64,000 bases of DNA from Cenarchaeum sp. (GCA_965242695.1 CBDESU010000001.1:1280001-1344000), one strand, 5' to 3'. Shown: positions 10,094-20,707, counted from the stretch's first letter. Notes: generated by a model from the letters alone, not told the origin. Translations and numbers: made by a program.

Positions 10094-11488
10094 TTGGCGC
10101 AGGAGGCCGAGCAGGAGCGCAGGGCGGCGCCTCGAGACGGGGCCAGGGCGGCCCTGCAAGAGCGGGAGCAGGAGGCAGAGGCCGCGCCCTGGCAGATCGA
10201 CCCCGAGCTGATCGACGACTACACGTCTGTCCCCCCCGTGGCGACCATCCACAGCATACTGTTCGAGCTCGACCCGAGGTACGACACGTGGGGCATACAC
10301 AGGGGCATCAAGCACGGCGGGTACCGCATGGCCCTAGAGGAGATCTCGAAGGATCCGCCCCCGCGCGATGCATACGGAATGCGCGCCGAGTGCAACCGCT
10401 CGCGCATGCTCGAGCGCCTCGGCAGGTACGGGGAGTCCGAGGAGACGTACCGCGAGCTGGACCGCAAGGATCCTGGCCGCAGCAACGCCGACCTGGACAT
10501 GGCAAGGGTGCTCGAGCATCTCGGCCGCAGCGACGAGTCGGCGGCGGCGCTGTCCCGCGCAGGCAGGCTCGATCCCCGTTCCCGCAGGGCGTTCGAGGCC
10601 GGCATGCGGCCGGACCCGCGCCAGCTGGATCCCGCCGCCGTCCCCCTCCGCCTGATCATCCCAATGTCCGTAATCGCGGCGGCCGGAACCGTTCGCTCGC
10701 GGGCCGAGCTCTCCGCCATGTCGCGCCTAGTGCAGGCCGAGTGCGGGCTGGACATGTACCCCCCGTCGGCATCGCGCCTGCCCGGCTGCGCGGGGCTCGG
10801 CGCCGACATGGAAAGGTTTTATCACCTTGTCGTCGAGGACGTCCTCCTGTCGTGCGGCGGATCTGGCGAGCAGCCGTACTACTACGATCTTACAGACACG
10901 GGAATCGAGATGATCGGCAGGCTCGGCGAGCGGCTCGGCGGGGACGGGGATGCCGCATCCCGCATCGGCGCATCGGCGCGGCGCGTGGCCGGCATCGGCG
11001 CGCATGCCGCCCTTGAAGAGGCCTGCCGCGGCGCGGGGGAGGCGGAGCAGCAGGCGGACTCTGGCCGCGCCGAGGCGCTGGCGGATATTCGCGGGACGGC
11101 GGACCGCATAAGGCGCGAGATCGGGAACGACATTGCGTTTGGCGAGGCGCATGCTGTCACGCTTGGGGCCAAGGCCAAGCGCGTGCCCGACATGCTCTCG
11201 CAGGCATGCGATGCGCCCGACGCGCAGTGGGCCGTCGCCGCTGCCCTAGGAAGGGACATACTCGGCCTGTGCGCATGCGTCGCGTTCGACCAGAGGCCGC
11301 ACCCGAGGACGGCATCGCTGGGACCCCCGTACCCCGATATCCAGGACCTCTACGCGCTGCTCGTCAGGTACTGCGTGGACAGGGGCATGGCGGAGCCCAG
11401 GGCAGAGGTGCCTGCCATTAGGAAGCTTGCGCCCGATGAGATCGAGGAGACGGCCCGGGACATGCTCAGGGTGATATCCGAGTCTTGA
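10094..11488 (+). CDS. TPR + winged-helix (YwgA-like) protein, putative partner of the downstream PIN protein; dispersed copy of the 47-58 kb array gene
   Basis: TTG start at 10094 after AAAAGCTATAAA. TPR-like 'RSRMLERLGRYGESEETYRE...ADLDMARVLEHLGRSDES' and wHTH-like 'YYYDLTDTG'. Clearly homologous to the five array genes. Confidence 0.75.
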   Translation: MAQEAEQERRAAPRDGARAALQEREQEAEAAPWQIDPELIDDYTSVPPVATIHSILFELDPRYDTWGIHRGIKHGGYRMALEEISKDPPPRDAYGMRAECNRSRMLERLGRYGESEETYRELDRKDPGRSNADLDMARVLEHLGRSDESAAALSRAGRLDPRSRRAFEAGMRPDPRQLDPAAVPLRLIIPMSVIAAAGTVRSRAELSAMSRLVQAECGLDMYPPSASRLPGCAGLGADMERFYHLVVEDVLLSCGGSGEQPYYYDLTDTGIEMIGRLGERLGGDGDAASRIGASARRVAGIGAHAALEEACRGAGEAEQQADSGRAEALADIRGTADRIRREIGNDIAFGEAHAVTLGAKAKRVPDMLSQACDAPDAQWAVAAALGRDILGLCACVAFDQRPHPRTASLGPPYPDIQDLYALLVRYCVDRGMAEPRAEVPAIRKLAPDEIEETARDMLRVISES

Positions 11489-12093
11489 TCGTGCCAGATA
11501 CGAACGCCCTGTACGCGTACTACATGGGCTTTTCGGCAAGGCGTCGGGACGGGCGGCTCGTCCCGGTGCGGCGCCGCAACAGGGATGCGGTCGTCGCCGA
11601 GGTCGACGGGGCGATAGAGGCAGGAAGTCTCAAGATTCCCGGCATGGCCGCAGTCGAGATGCTTAACGGCCTGGAAAAAACGTTCAGGTCGGCGGCCAAG
11701 TCGGCCGGTGCCGCGGCCGAACCCGACGACGGCATCATAGAAGGCGTGCGGGAAAGATTCAGCCTCCTGTACGATCGCTTCGGAGTTCCCGACTACAGAT
11801 GGTACTTGGAGAAGGTCGACCGCATGTACGCCGACATATGGAGCGACCCGCGGCTGGCCCATCTGGTGGCCCGGTGGCGGCGCATCAAGGAGAGGCGCGG
11901 AAAGGCTGCAGGGCGGCCCTCGCTAGAGACGCACCAGGCGGACTTCTTGATACTGTCGACGGCCGCCGCCCTGGCCGCGCAGGGTCACTCGGTCAGGCTG
12001 CCCACGAACGGCCACGACTTTGTGGCGTTCGCAGGTGTAATCCTCGAGCGGTTCGGCGTCGTCGTAGTCGAATGCGGCAGCCTGCGCCGGTGA
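11485..12093 (+). CDS. PIN-domain protein (VapC-like), dispersed copy
   Basis: 'IVPDTNAL', 'AVEML', 'ADFLILSTA', 'TNGHDF'. TTGA overlap with the upstream stop. Confidence 0.8.
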   Translation: MIVPDTNALYAYYMGFSARRRDGRLVPVRRRNRDAVVAEVDGAIEAGSLKIPGMAAVEMLNGLEKTFRSAAKSAGAAAEPDDGIIEGVRERFSLLYDRFGVPDYRWYLEKVDRMYADIWSDPRLAHLVARWRRIKERRGKAAGRPSLETHQADFLILSTAAALAAQGHSVRLPTNGHDFVAFAGVILERFGVVVVECGSLRR

Positions 12094-12315
12094 TCCCAGA
12101 GGCGGCGGGGGAGGGACCGCGTCGACAGGGGTGGAGGCAGCCCGCCGGCGCCGGGAGATATCCGCGCCGGGCGCAGGGCATCGCGCTGCGCCAGGGCCCG
12201 CCCGGGCGCGGCCGCCGGGCGCCTGGCGCCCTTCCCGCCGCGGCGGGCCCTGCGCGGCCGCGGCGGGGCGGGCGCGCGCGCAAGGGGTTTTATGGGCGCC
12301 CGTCCACGGCCGGCC

Positions 12316-13632
12316 GTGATCGGCACCGAGCTCGGCGCGACGAGGCGAACGCACTACTCGTCCGAGATAGCGGCGGGCCTAGACGGGACGGATGCGACCG
12401 TAATGGGGTGGGTGTCGGCGGTGCGCGGGCACGGCGCCATCTCGTTCATGACGGTGCGCGACAGGGACGGAGAGGTGCAGGTCGTGGCAAAGGCCGGATC
12501 GTGCCCCGACGACATACGCGAGAGGATCGCCGGCATCAAGGTGCACTCGTCGGTCGGCGTAAGGGGCACGGTAAGGGCGTCCCCAAAGTCGCCGTCGGGA
12601 GCCGAGATCGTCCCGTCCGCGCTCTACGTGTACTCGGACGCGCAGAGGATCGCGCCGTTCGAGCCGCAGGCAAGGACGGTCAAGAACATCGACACGCGCC
12701 TCGAGGCGAGGCCCATCGACCTGCGGCGCGATGCCCTCTGGCACCTGTTCAGGGCGAGGGATGCGGCGCTGGCCGCGGTGCGGTCCCTCCTCCGCGCCGA
12801 GGGGTTCACCGAGGTGAGCACGCCCAAGATCATCGCGACGGCGACCGAGGGCGGCGCCGCGCTGTTCCCCGTGTTCTACTACGACAGGAGCGCGTTCCTC
12901 GCGCAGAGCCCGCAGCTGTACAAGGAGCAGCTCACGATGAGCTTTGAAAAGGTCTTCGAGATAGCCCCCATATTCAGGGCCGAGGCGTCCAGGACGAGCC
13001 GGCACCTGTCCGAGGCCGTGTCGATCGACATCGAGGAGGCGTTCGTCGACTACGGCGAGGCCATGGGCGCGGCGGGCCGCATCGTCGGCGCCGCGGCCGC
13101 GGCCGTCTCCGAGTACGCGGCCAAGAATGCCGGCTGCGGGATCGAGGTGCCGGACGTGCCCCGCGAGATACCGCGGTACACGTACGCGGACATGGTCGAG
13201 AGGCTGCGCTCGGCCGGCGCGTTCGCAAGGTGGGGCGAGGACCTGCACCCGCAGTCGCTGAAAAAGGCCGGCCCCGAGGGGTTCTACTTTGTGACCGACT
13301 GGCCGGCCGGCCCAAAGCCGTTCTACGTAAAGGCATCCCGCGACGCGCAGGGCAGGGACGTGTCCGAGTCGTTCGACCTCATGTTCGGCGACCTCGAGGT
13401 GTCGTCGGGCAGCACGAGGATTGCGGCGCGCGCCGAGCTCGAGGAGCGCATGCGCGCAAAGGGGATGAACGTCGGCGACTTTGGCCACCACCTGGCCGCG
13501 TTCGACTACGGCATGCCGCCGCACGCAGGCTGCGGGATCGGGCTCGAGAGGCTGATGATGGCCCTTACCGGCGCGCAGAACATACGCGACCTGTCGTTCT
13601 ACCCGCGCGATGCCGACAGGCTCACGCCGTGA
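12316..13632 (+). CDS. aspS: Aspartyl-tRNA synthetase (archaeal, non-discriminating type)
   Basis: 'TEGGAALF', 'LAQSPQLYKE', 'FRAEASRTSRHLSE', 'GMPPHAGCGIGLER', 'PRDADRLTP'. Operonic with gatCAB. Confidence 0.95.
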   Translation: MIGTELGATRRTHYSSEIAAGLDGTDATVMGWVSAVRGHGAISFMTVRDRDGEVQVVAKAGSCPDDIRERIAGIKVHSSVGVRGTVRASPKSPSGAEIVPSALYVYSDAQRIAPFEPQARTVKNIDTRLEARPIDLRRDALWHLFRARDAALAAVRSLLRAEGFTEVSTPKIIATATEGGAALFPVFYYDRSAFLAQSPQLYKEQLTMSFEKVFEIAPIFRAEASRTSRHLSEAVSIDIEEAFVDYGEAMGAAGRIVGAAAAAVSEYAAKNAGCGIEVPDVPREIPRYTYADMVERLRSAGAFARWGEDLHPQSLKKAGPEGFYFVTDWPAGPKPFYVKASRDAQGRDVSESFDLMFGDLEVSSGSTRIAARAELEERMRAKGMNVGDFGHHLAAFDYGMPPHAGCGIGLERLMMALTGAQNIRDLSFYPRDADRLTP

Positions 13633-13642
13633 GGGGCGGAGC

Positions 13643-14026
13643 ATGAGCGCCGGCGGAAAAGAGGGGGCCGCGGGGCGCGCGGCGGCCGGCCAGGCCGCCG
13701 ACGTCGGCGAGGACGAGATAAGGCGCGTCGCATCCCTCATGAGGATCGACATCGGGGAAGATGGCGGGGAAGAGGCGCGCTCCCACATAGAAAAGGTGCG
13801 CACGATGATCGGCTACTTTGACATGCTCGACAGGGCCGGCGGCGCGGAGGCGGCAGGGGCCGGGGCGGCCGGCGCGGGGCTGGCAGGCGCCGTGCAGCTA
13901 GGCGACCTGCGCGAGGACGAGCCCGAGGACGGGGGCGCAGGGGCCGGGGCGGCCGATGCGGGGCGCTACGCCAGGGTGCAGACGGAGGGCGGGACGTACG
14001 TGCGTGCGCCCGCGATGTCGCCGTGA
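13643..14026 (+). CDS. gatC: Asp-tRNA(Asn)/Glu-tRNA(Gln) amidotransferase subunit C
   Basis: 'EIRRVASLMRI', 'MIGYFDMLD', 'LREDEP', 'YVRAP'. Lies between aspS and gatA. Confidence 0.85.
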   Translation: MSAGGKEGAAGRAAAGQAADVGEDEIRRVASLMRIDIGEDGGEEARSHIEKVRTMIGYFDMLDRAGGAEAAGAGAAGAGLAGAVQLGDLREDEPEDGGAGAGAADAGRYARVQTEGGTYVRAPAMSP

Positions 14027-15534
14027 CCGGCCAGGGCGGCGGCGCGCCTGCAGCGCCCGTCCTGCCGACCATACGGCGGTACCTCGAGGACGTCGGGACG
14101 GGTTCGGTCACGTGCGAGGAGTACATGTGCAGGATACGCGAGAGGATCGAGCGCCACGAGGGCGCGCTGCACGCGTACATTGCGGTCAACGGGGATGCGG
14201 TCGAGCAGGCGCGCGGCGTCGACAGGCGCGCAAGGGAGGGCGGCGCGGGGGCGGCCGGGCCGCTCCTCGGCCTGCCCGTGGCCGTAAAGGACAACATCTG
14301 CGTCTCGTCGATGCCGACGACGTGCGCGTCGAGGATGCTCGAGGGGTACGTGCCGCCGTACGACGCTACGGCCGCGGCGCGCCTGCTCGGCGCCGGCGCG
14401 ATCATAGCCGGCAAGACCAACATGGACGAGTTCGCCATGGGGCTGACGACCGAGTTCAGCGCGTTCGGGCCGAGCCGCAACCCGTGGGACACGGGGTACG
14501 CGCCAGGCGGGTCGTCGGGCGGCAGCGCCGTGGCCGTGAGCGCATGCGAGTGCATGGCCGCCCTCGGGTCGGACACGGGCGGGTCGGTGAGGAACCCGGC
14601 GAGCTTTTGCGGCATAGTCGGCCACAAGCCGACGTACGGCCTGGTCAGCAGGTACGGGCTCGTCTCGTACTCGAACAGCATCGAGCAGATCGGGCCCATG
14701 GGCCGCACCGTCGAGGATGCTGCGATCATCCTCGGCATCATAGCCGGCCGCGACCCGCGGGACGACACGACGATCGGGGCGGCCGGCAGGGGGGGCGATC
14801 CCTGGGCGTACGCGGGCGGCCTCGGCGGCGGCATAGAGGGCGTGCGGGTCGGCGTCGTCTCCGAGATGGTCGACGGCGGGGCGGCCGAGCCGGACGTTGC
14901 GGCGGCCGTGCGCCGCGCCGCATCGGCCGCCGAGCGGGCCGGCGCCACATGCGGGGACGCCTCGCTCGGCATGGCCGAGTTTGCCGTGGCCGCCTACTAT
15001 ACGATAACGTCGGCCGAGGCAGGCAGCAACCTTGCAAGGTACGACGGCATAAGGTACGGCGCGGGCGGGGGCGACCCGGACGCGTACGAGTTCAACGCGT
15101 ACGTCAGGCGCGCCCGCTCGCTGCTCGGCCCCGAGGTGAAGCGGCGCATGATCCTCGGCGGGTTCGTCCCGTCTGCGGGGCACGCCGGCAGGTACTACCT
15201 CAAGGCCGTCGGGATCAGGGAGCGCCTCACTAGGCAGGTCGACGAGGCGCTCTCGCGCTTCGACGTCCTGCTCGCCCCGACGGTGCCCGTCCCCCCGTTC
15301 AGGCTCGGCGAGGTGATCGACGATCCCGTCCGCATGTTCGCCGTCGACTATGCGACCGTCCTTGCAAACCTCACGGGCAAGCCGGCCGTGTCGGTGCCGT
15401 TCGGCAGGGCCGGCCCGAGTGCGATGCCCGTCGGCGTGCAGGTCATAGGCGGCGCGATGCGCGACGAGCTCGTGCTGCGCGTGGCCGCCGCCCTAGAGGC
15501 CGCGGCGGGCCCCGTGGAGGCGCCGGCGCTATGA
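14023..15534 (+). CDS. gatA: Amidotransferase subunit A
   Basis: Amidase signature 'GKTNMDEFAMG', 'PGGSSGGSA', 'GSDTGGSVRNPA'. Confidence 0.95.
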   Translation: MTGQGGGAPAAPVLPTIRRYLEDVGTGSVTCEEYMCRIRERIERHEGALHAYIAVNGDAVEQARGVDRRAREGGAGAAGPLLGLPVAVKDNICVSSMPTTCASRMLEGYVPPYDATAAARLLGAGAIIAGKTNMDEFAMGLTTEFSAFGPSRNPWDTGYAPGGSSGGSAVAVSACECMAALGSDTGGSVRNPASFCGIVGHKPTYGLVSRYGLVSYSNSIEQIGPMGRTVEDAAIILGIIAGRDPRDDTTIGAAGRGGDPWAYAGGLGGGIEGVRVGVVSEMVDGGAAEPDVAAAVRRAASAAERAGATCGDASLGMAEFAVAAYYTITSAEAGSNLARYDGIRYGAGGGDPDAYEFNAYVRRARSLLGPEVKRRMILGGFVPSAGHAGRYYLKAVGIRERLTRQVDEALSRFDVLLAPTVPVPPFRLGEVIDDPVRMFAVDYATVLANLTGKPAVSVPFGRAGPSAMPVGVQVIGGAMRDELVLRVAAALEAAAGPVEAPAL

Positions 15535-17048
15535 GCGGGAGCCCGGCGGCAGGCGCCGCATCCGATGCCCCGGCGCGGATCGGCCTAGAGGTGCACTGCC
15601 AGCTCACGAGCCTTGCGACAAAGCTGTTCTGCCCGTGCCCGTCGGCGTACCGCGGAAGGGAGCCGAATACGAACGTGTGCCCCGTGTGCATGGGGCTGCC
15701 CGGCACGCTGCCGCGCCTGAACCGGCGCGCCGTCGAAAAGGCCGCGATGGTCGCATCCTCGCTCGGCTGCGCGGCGCCCGAGCGCATCGCGTTCTTCCGC
15801 AAGAACTACTTCTATCCCGACCTGCCAAAGAACTTCCAGATCACGCAGCTCGACGCGTACGGGCCGAGCAGCATAGGCGGCGCGGGCGGAAGCGTCGACA
15901 TTGGCGGCGGGGCCGCGGTGCGCGTGCGCCGCGTCCAGCTCGAGGAGGACCCGGGGAGGATCGCGTACGGCGGGGGCGGGAGGGGATCTGGGCCGCGCCC
16001 GACCCTCGTCGACTACAACAGGGCCGGCACCGCCCTCGTCGAGATCGTGACCGAGCCGGACATGGACAGCCCGCGCCAGGCAAGGCGGTTCCTCAACGTC
16101 CTCTCCGACGCGGTCGCAAACCTCGGGGCGGCCGACCCGTCCCTCGAGGGGGCTATGAGGGCAGACGGCAACGTCTCGGTCGGCGGCGGGCCGAGGGTCG
16201 AGGTCAAGAACGTCGGATCGTTCCACGACCTTGAAAAGGCCCTGCACTTTGAGATTGCAAGGCAGCGCAGCCTTGCGGGCCGCGGCATCGCGATCGGGCA
16301 GGAGACGCGGCACTGGGACCAGGGCCGGCGCGTCACCGTTCCTGCAAGGAAAAAAGAGGCCGACATGGACTACCGCTACCTCTTGGAGGCGGACATACCC
16401 CCCGTTGCGATGGGCGCCGAGGCGGCGGCGGGGCTCGCCGGCGGCATGCCCGAGGGGATCGCCGCGCGCCGCGCGCGGTACGCGTCCGGGATCGGGCTGC
16501 CCGCCCAGGTCGCCGACGTCCTCTCCGCGGACAGGTTCTACTCGGACCTGTTCGACGGCGCGCGCGCCCTGCCCGGCGGCGGCGGGGCGGCGGCCGCCCG
16601 GGAGATCGCCAACATGGTGACGACCGACCTGATGGGGATTGCCGACACGCGCGAAAAGCGCGATGCGCTGAAGGTGACCGCGGTGCACCTTGCCGACCTG
16701 GCAGGCGCCGTCGTGTCCGGCTCGATAACGAGGGCGTCGGCCCGGGACGCGCTGCACGAGGCCGCGCGCACGGGCAGGCCGGCCGCCGAGATCATAGAGG
16801 AGAGGGGGCTGAAGGCCGTTGGGGCGGGGGCGGGGGGCGGCGGAGGTGGCGAGCTTGCAGGGGTCGTTCGGGACGTGCTTGCGGCCGAAAAAAAGGCCGC
16901 CGAGCAGGCCCGCTCCGACCCAAAGGCCGTAAACTACCTGGTCGGCAAGGTCATGGCGGCCACGTCCGGCAGGGCCCACCCGCAGCAGACCCTGCGGCTG
17001 ATCAGGGAGGGCCTCGATGCCATGGGCGGCGCAGGCGGGGAAGGCTAG
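15531..17048 (+). CDS. gatB: Amidotransferase subunit B
   Basis: 'IGLEVHCQL', 'RKNYFYPDLPKNFQITQ', 'DYNRAGTALVEIVTEPD'. Confidence 0.95.
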   Translation: MSGSPAAGAASDAPARIGLEVHCQLTSLATKLFCPCPSAYRGREPNTNVCPVCMGLPGTLPRLNRRAVEKAAMVASSLGCAAPERIAFFRKNYFYPDLPKNFQITQLDAYGPSSIGGAGGSVDIGGGAAVRVRRVQLEEDPGRIAYGGGGRGSGPRPTLVDYNRAGTALVEIVTEPDMDSPRQARRFLNVLSDAVANLGAADPSLEGAMRADGNVSVGGGPRVEVKNVGSFHDLEKALHFEIARQRSLAGRGIAIGQETRHWDQGRRVTVPARKKEADMDYRYLLEADIPPVAMGAEAAAGLAGGMPEGIAARRARYASGIGLPAQVADVLSADRFYSDLFDGARALPGGGGAAAAREIANMVTTDLMGIADTREKRDALKVTAVHLADLAGAVVSGSITRASARDALHEAARTGRPAAEIIEERGLKAVGAGAGGGGGGELAGVVRDVLAAEKKAAEQARSDPKAVNYLVGKVMAATSGRAHPQQTLRLIREGLDAMGGAGGEG

Positions 17049-17051
17049 CGC

Positions 17052-19094
17052 ATGGCAGGCAGCGCGGCGGCGGCGGGGACGGGGGACAGGGGGCGCGATG
17101 CCCCGTACGACTACGTCCCGCGCCCCGGGCAGTACGAGGGCTCTAACGTGCACGCGTTCATGCGGGCGCACGGGATAGGCTCGCTCGACGGGCTGAGGGC
17201 GCGCGCCGCGGCCGACCTCGAGTGGTACTGGGGCGCGGTCGCCGTCGACGTCGGGATACGCTGGAGCCGCCCGTACGAGAGGGTCCTCGATGCGAGCGGC
17301 GGGAGTGCGTGGCCGAGGTGGTTTCCGGGCGGGAGGACCAACATCGTGACGTCGTCGCTCGACAGGTTTGCCGCCGAGTCGCCCGGCGCGCCGGCGTACC
17401 GGCTAGAGTCCGAGGAGGGCGGGGCCGGAGAGGTCGTGACGTACGGCGGCCTAAAGGAAGAGGTCGATGCGGTGGCGGCCGCCCTGTCGGCGCCGCCGCT
17501 GTCGGTCGGGGCGGGCGACGCCGTGGCAGTCTGCATGCCGGCCGTCAAGGAGGCCGTAGTGGCCATACTCGCTGCCGCCCGGATCGGCGCCGTCCAGGCC
17601 ACCATATTCTCGGGGTACGGGCCCGGGGCTGTCCTGCAGAGGGTGCGCGGCTGCGGCGCCCGCGCGCTGTTCGTCTCGGACGGGTACCGCAGGGGAGGGC
17701 GCGACGTCTCGCAGGCGGCCGCCGCGCGCAGGTGCAGCAGCGCATGCGGGGAGGGCGGGACGATCCCGCCCGAGCGGATAGTCGTGGCCGAGCGCGGCGG
17801 GACGGACCGGCGCGCGGGCGGCTCGCCGTCGTACGCCGACGTGGCCGGCGCGGGGCGCGACCTGATCGCCGGGGGCGGGGGCCGCCAAGAGGCGACGCAG
17901 GTCGACTCGTCGCACCCGCTGTTCGCGCTGTACACGTCCGGGACGACCGGCCGGCCAAAGGGCGCCGTGCACACGCACGGCGCATTCTCGGCGTTTGCCG
18001 GCCACCAGGCCGCGTACCTGCTCGACCTGCGCGCCGGCGAGACGCTGTTCTGGCCGGCCGACATCGGGTGGATAACCGGCCTGGTGTGGAACGTGTACGG
18101 GCTGCTCCTGACGGGGGCCGCCGCCGTCCTGTACGACGGGGCGATCGACAGGCCTGGCCCCGGCAGGTTCTGGGAGATCGCAAGGCGGCACGATGCGACC
18201 GTCCTCGGCACGTCGCCGACGGCGGTGCGCATGATGAGGGCGTCGGGGGAGCTTGACGGGGAAGGGGGCGCGCTAGCGCCTCCCCGCGCGCGCATGATCG
18301 CGACCACGGGCGAGCCGATCGACGAGGCGTCGTGGCGGTGGCTGTTTGAGAGGGGCGGCGGGCGGCGCATTCCGATAGCCAACCTTGCCGGCGGGACCGA
18401 GGCCGGCGGGGCCCTGCTGTCGGTCCTGCCCGGCATGCCGCTGCGCGCCTGCACGGTCGGCGCGCCGTGCCCCGGCATCGATGCCGACTCGCTCGGCGAG
18501 GACGGGAGTTCGGCGACCGGAGAGAGGGGCTACCTCGTGGTGAGGGGGCCGTGGCCGGGCATGACGGCCGGCCTGCTCGGCGACCGCGACGGGTACGTCC
18601 GCGCGTACTGGTCGCGGTTCGGAGGATCGGTGTGGTTCCACGGCGACTACGTCGAGCGCGCGGCCGACGGGCTGTGGTACATGCGCGGGCGCGCCGACGA
18701 CGTCGTCAACGTGTCCGGCCACCGCCTGGGCACGGCCGAGATGGAGCAGGCGGCGGCATCGCATGCGGACGTGGCAGAGGCCGCCGCGGTCGCCGTCCCC
18801 GACCGCACGCGCGGCGAGGCCGTCGTCGTGTTTGTCGTGCCGCGGCGCGGCGCGGCCAGGGGGGCCGCGGCCGCCGGCGCCAGGCGGCGCGTAGAGGACG
18901 AGATAGGGCGCATAGCTGCGCCGAGGGCCGTCGTCGAGATGCCCGGCCTGCCGCGCACGCACACGGGCAAGATCGTCAGGAGGGCCCTCAGGGCAAGGCT
19001 TCTCGGCGAGGATGCGGGCGACCTGTCGACGGTCGAGAACCCCGGGGTTCTCGACGCCGTCCCGCGCGGCGCAAGGGGAGGGGAGGGGGCATGA
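17052..19094 (+). CDS. AMP-forming acetyl/acyl-CoA synthetase
   Basis: 'YTSGTTGRPKG', 'ADIGWITG', 'GRADDVVNVSGHRLG', 'LPRTHTGKIVRR'. Confidence 0.9.
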   Translation: MAGSAAAAGTGDRGRDAPYDYVPRPGQYEGSNVHAFMRAHGIGSLDGLRARAAADLEWYWGAVAVDVGIRWSRPYERVLDASGGSAWPRWFPGGRTNIVTSSLDRFAAESPGAPAYRLESEEGGAGEVVTYGGLKEEVDAVAAALSAPPLSVGAGDAVAVCMPAVKEAVVAILAAARIGAVQATIFSGYGPGAVLQRVRGCGARALFVSDGYRRGGRDVSQAAAARRCSSACGEGGTIPPERIVVAERGGTDRRAGGSPSYADVAGAGRDLIAGGGGRQEATQVDSSHPLFALYTSGTTGRPKGAVHTHGAFSAFAGHQAAYLLDLRAGETLFWPADIGWITGLVWNVYGLLLTGAAAVLYDGAIDRPGPGRFWEIARRHDATVLGTSPTAVRMMRASGELDGEGGALAPPRARMIATTGEPIDEASWRWLFERGGGRRIPIANLAGGTEAGGALLSVLPGMPLRACTVGAPCPGIDADSLGEDGSSATGERGYLVVRGPWPGMTAGLLGDRDGYVRAYWSRFGGSVWFHGDYVERAADGLWYMRGRADDVVNVSGHRLGTAEMEQAAASHADVAEAAAVAVPDRTRGEAVVVFVVPRRGAARGAAAAGARRRVEDEIGRIAAPRAVVEMPGLPRTHTGKIVRRALRARLLGEDAGDLSTVENPGVLDAVPRGARGGEGA

Positions 19095-19198
19095 TCCGCC
19101 ATTACCCAACCCATATTAACCAATGTGGGAGGCGCCACCATGGGCCGCACTAGAGGCGCACGGGTGGGGGCGAGCGGTCCGATGCGGTCGCGGTTCCC

Positions 19199-19966
19199 AT
19201 GAACAGGCAACCGGTCGATCTCGGCTACGTCCTCAGGCAATTTCCCCGGTTCAAGTTCGGCATGCACGACTTTGATCACAGGCTTCGCATCCAAAAATTC
19301 GTGTACCTACTCCAGTCGTTCGACGTCTACCTGGGCTACGACTACTCGTGGTACCTGCGCGGCCCGTACTGCTCGATGCTGGCCGCCTCGGGGTTTGCAT
19401 TGGCAGAGTTCTACGCAAGCATTCCGCCCGGCGTGCGCATGACCTTTTCCAGCCCCGCAGTGAACGATCGCTTCAAGGGCTTCAAAGGGTTCATAGGCGG
19501 CTACGAAAGCGACGCCGGCTTTTTAGAAATTGCCTCCACTTTCCATTTTCTGGAGACAGTAGGCAACCTCGGTCGCAGTGAAGTGCTGCAGAGGGTCGCC
19601 AGCAAGCGCCCGCAGTTTACCGAGGCAAGTTGCAGGGACATCCGCTCATACTTGGAAGGATCGGGCATTCTCGACAACGGCACCGCGAGTAATGAGCGGC
19701 CGGAGGGCGGCCGCGAAGGCGACTGCGCATACGGCTCCAAGCTGGAGTGCGAACCGGCAACATTTGTCCCACAGGTGCCAGACGACATGAGTCGGAGGCC
19801 CTACGACCAGGGAATCTACCACATGCTGGTCGACTCGAGGGAGAGCGGCGAAAAGATCTCCCTGGTGGGCAGGGACGTGTTTAGGCCACACCAAAGGCAC
19901 CCCCATGTGGATGAAATAACGGTGGACGGCGCAGAGCTCTTGGTGCGCTTGCTGCGCCGGAGTTGA
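19199..19966 (+). CDS. YwgA-like (Panacea/SocA-related) winged-helix protein
   Basis: 'RLRIQKFVYLLQ..DVYLGYDYSWYLRGPYCSML' and 'FLEIASTFHFL' match the QK-x-x-Y...GPY pattern of this family. Confidence 0.65.
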   Translation: MNRQPVDLGYVLRQFPRFKFGMHDFDHRLRIQKFVYLLQSFDVYLGYDYSWYLRGPYCSMLAASGFALAEFYASIPPGVRMTFSSPAVNDRFKGFKGFIGGYESDAGFLEIASTFHFLETVGNLGRSEVLQRVASKRPQFTEASCRDIRSYLEGSGILDNGTASNERPEGGREGDCAYGSKLECEPATFVPQVPDDMSRRPYDQGIYHMLVDSRESGEKISLVGRDVFRPHQRHPHVDEITVDGAELLVRLLRRS

Positions 19967-20068
19967 GCCGCCTCGCACGCATGTCTTTCATCCCAGCCCG
20001 AGATCGCGCCGCCGGCTGCAGTAGGATGGGCGTCAAACGGAACTGCCGATCACACCGTACCATTCGGC

Positions 20069-20707
20069 ATGTTCAACGATCCAATGTCAGCCATATTGTC
20101 AATCGTCGTGGCCATATCCAGCGTTCTTTTGTTGATCTCCATACAAGCTGTCAAAGAATGGGTGGACATGATGTCAAAAACCTACCGGAGCTCTGTCGCA
20201 CTTGAAATCGAGATCTCGCTGATTGCCGAGGCGCTTTACAATACAGGCTGGCAAAAAGCATCCGTCGGAGCGCTTTACGAGCAGCGCCCCATGCCGAGGA
20301 GTGTGTATGAGGGGCTGGGATGCTCTGGCATACTGAGCGAGCTGGACACAAAAACGCAAGAGCTGCTCTATAGGTTCTACTGGATGGTGTCGCTTGAAAG
20401 GCACGATGACATCAACAGTATGATCGAGGAGACGGCGGCGGTTGCGCAGATCAAGCGCTCACACGCCCCAGGATGTATCCCACGGACGAGGCTGGTGTTC
20501 GGCCTCGCGCCTGCAAGATCTCGGCCGGCTGTGAAAAAGAGTTCTGGTACATCCCGCCAAGCGGTCAAGGCAGACGCGGATCTGCGGCCCGACGGAAGCG
20601 GTGCACTTGGCCTAGATGCAACCTCGCGCATGCCCGGTGGAAGCGGACGATCCAGCACGTCTCAAGATGGTCCATCCGCCGGCGCACCCATAAGGCGGCC
20701 GCCATGA
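20069..20707 (+). CDS. Hypothetical protein with N-terminal transmembrane helix
   Basis: 'AILSIVVAISSVLLLISIQAV' followed by a helical domain; lower-GC, natural-looking composition. Confidence 0.6.
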   Translation: MFNDPMSAILSIVVAISSVLLLISIQAVKEWVDMMSKTYRSSVALEIEISLIAEALYNTGWQKASVGALYEQRPMPRSVYEGLGCSGILSELDTKTQELLYRFYWMVSLERHDDINSMIEETAAVAQIKRSHAPGCIPRTRLVFGLAPARSRPAVKKSSGTSRQAVKADADLRPDGSGALGLDATSRMPGGSGRSSTSQDGPSAGAPIRRPP

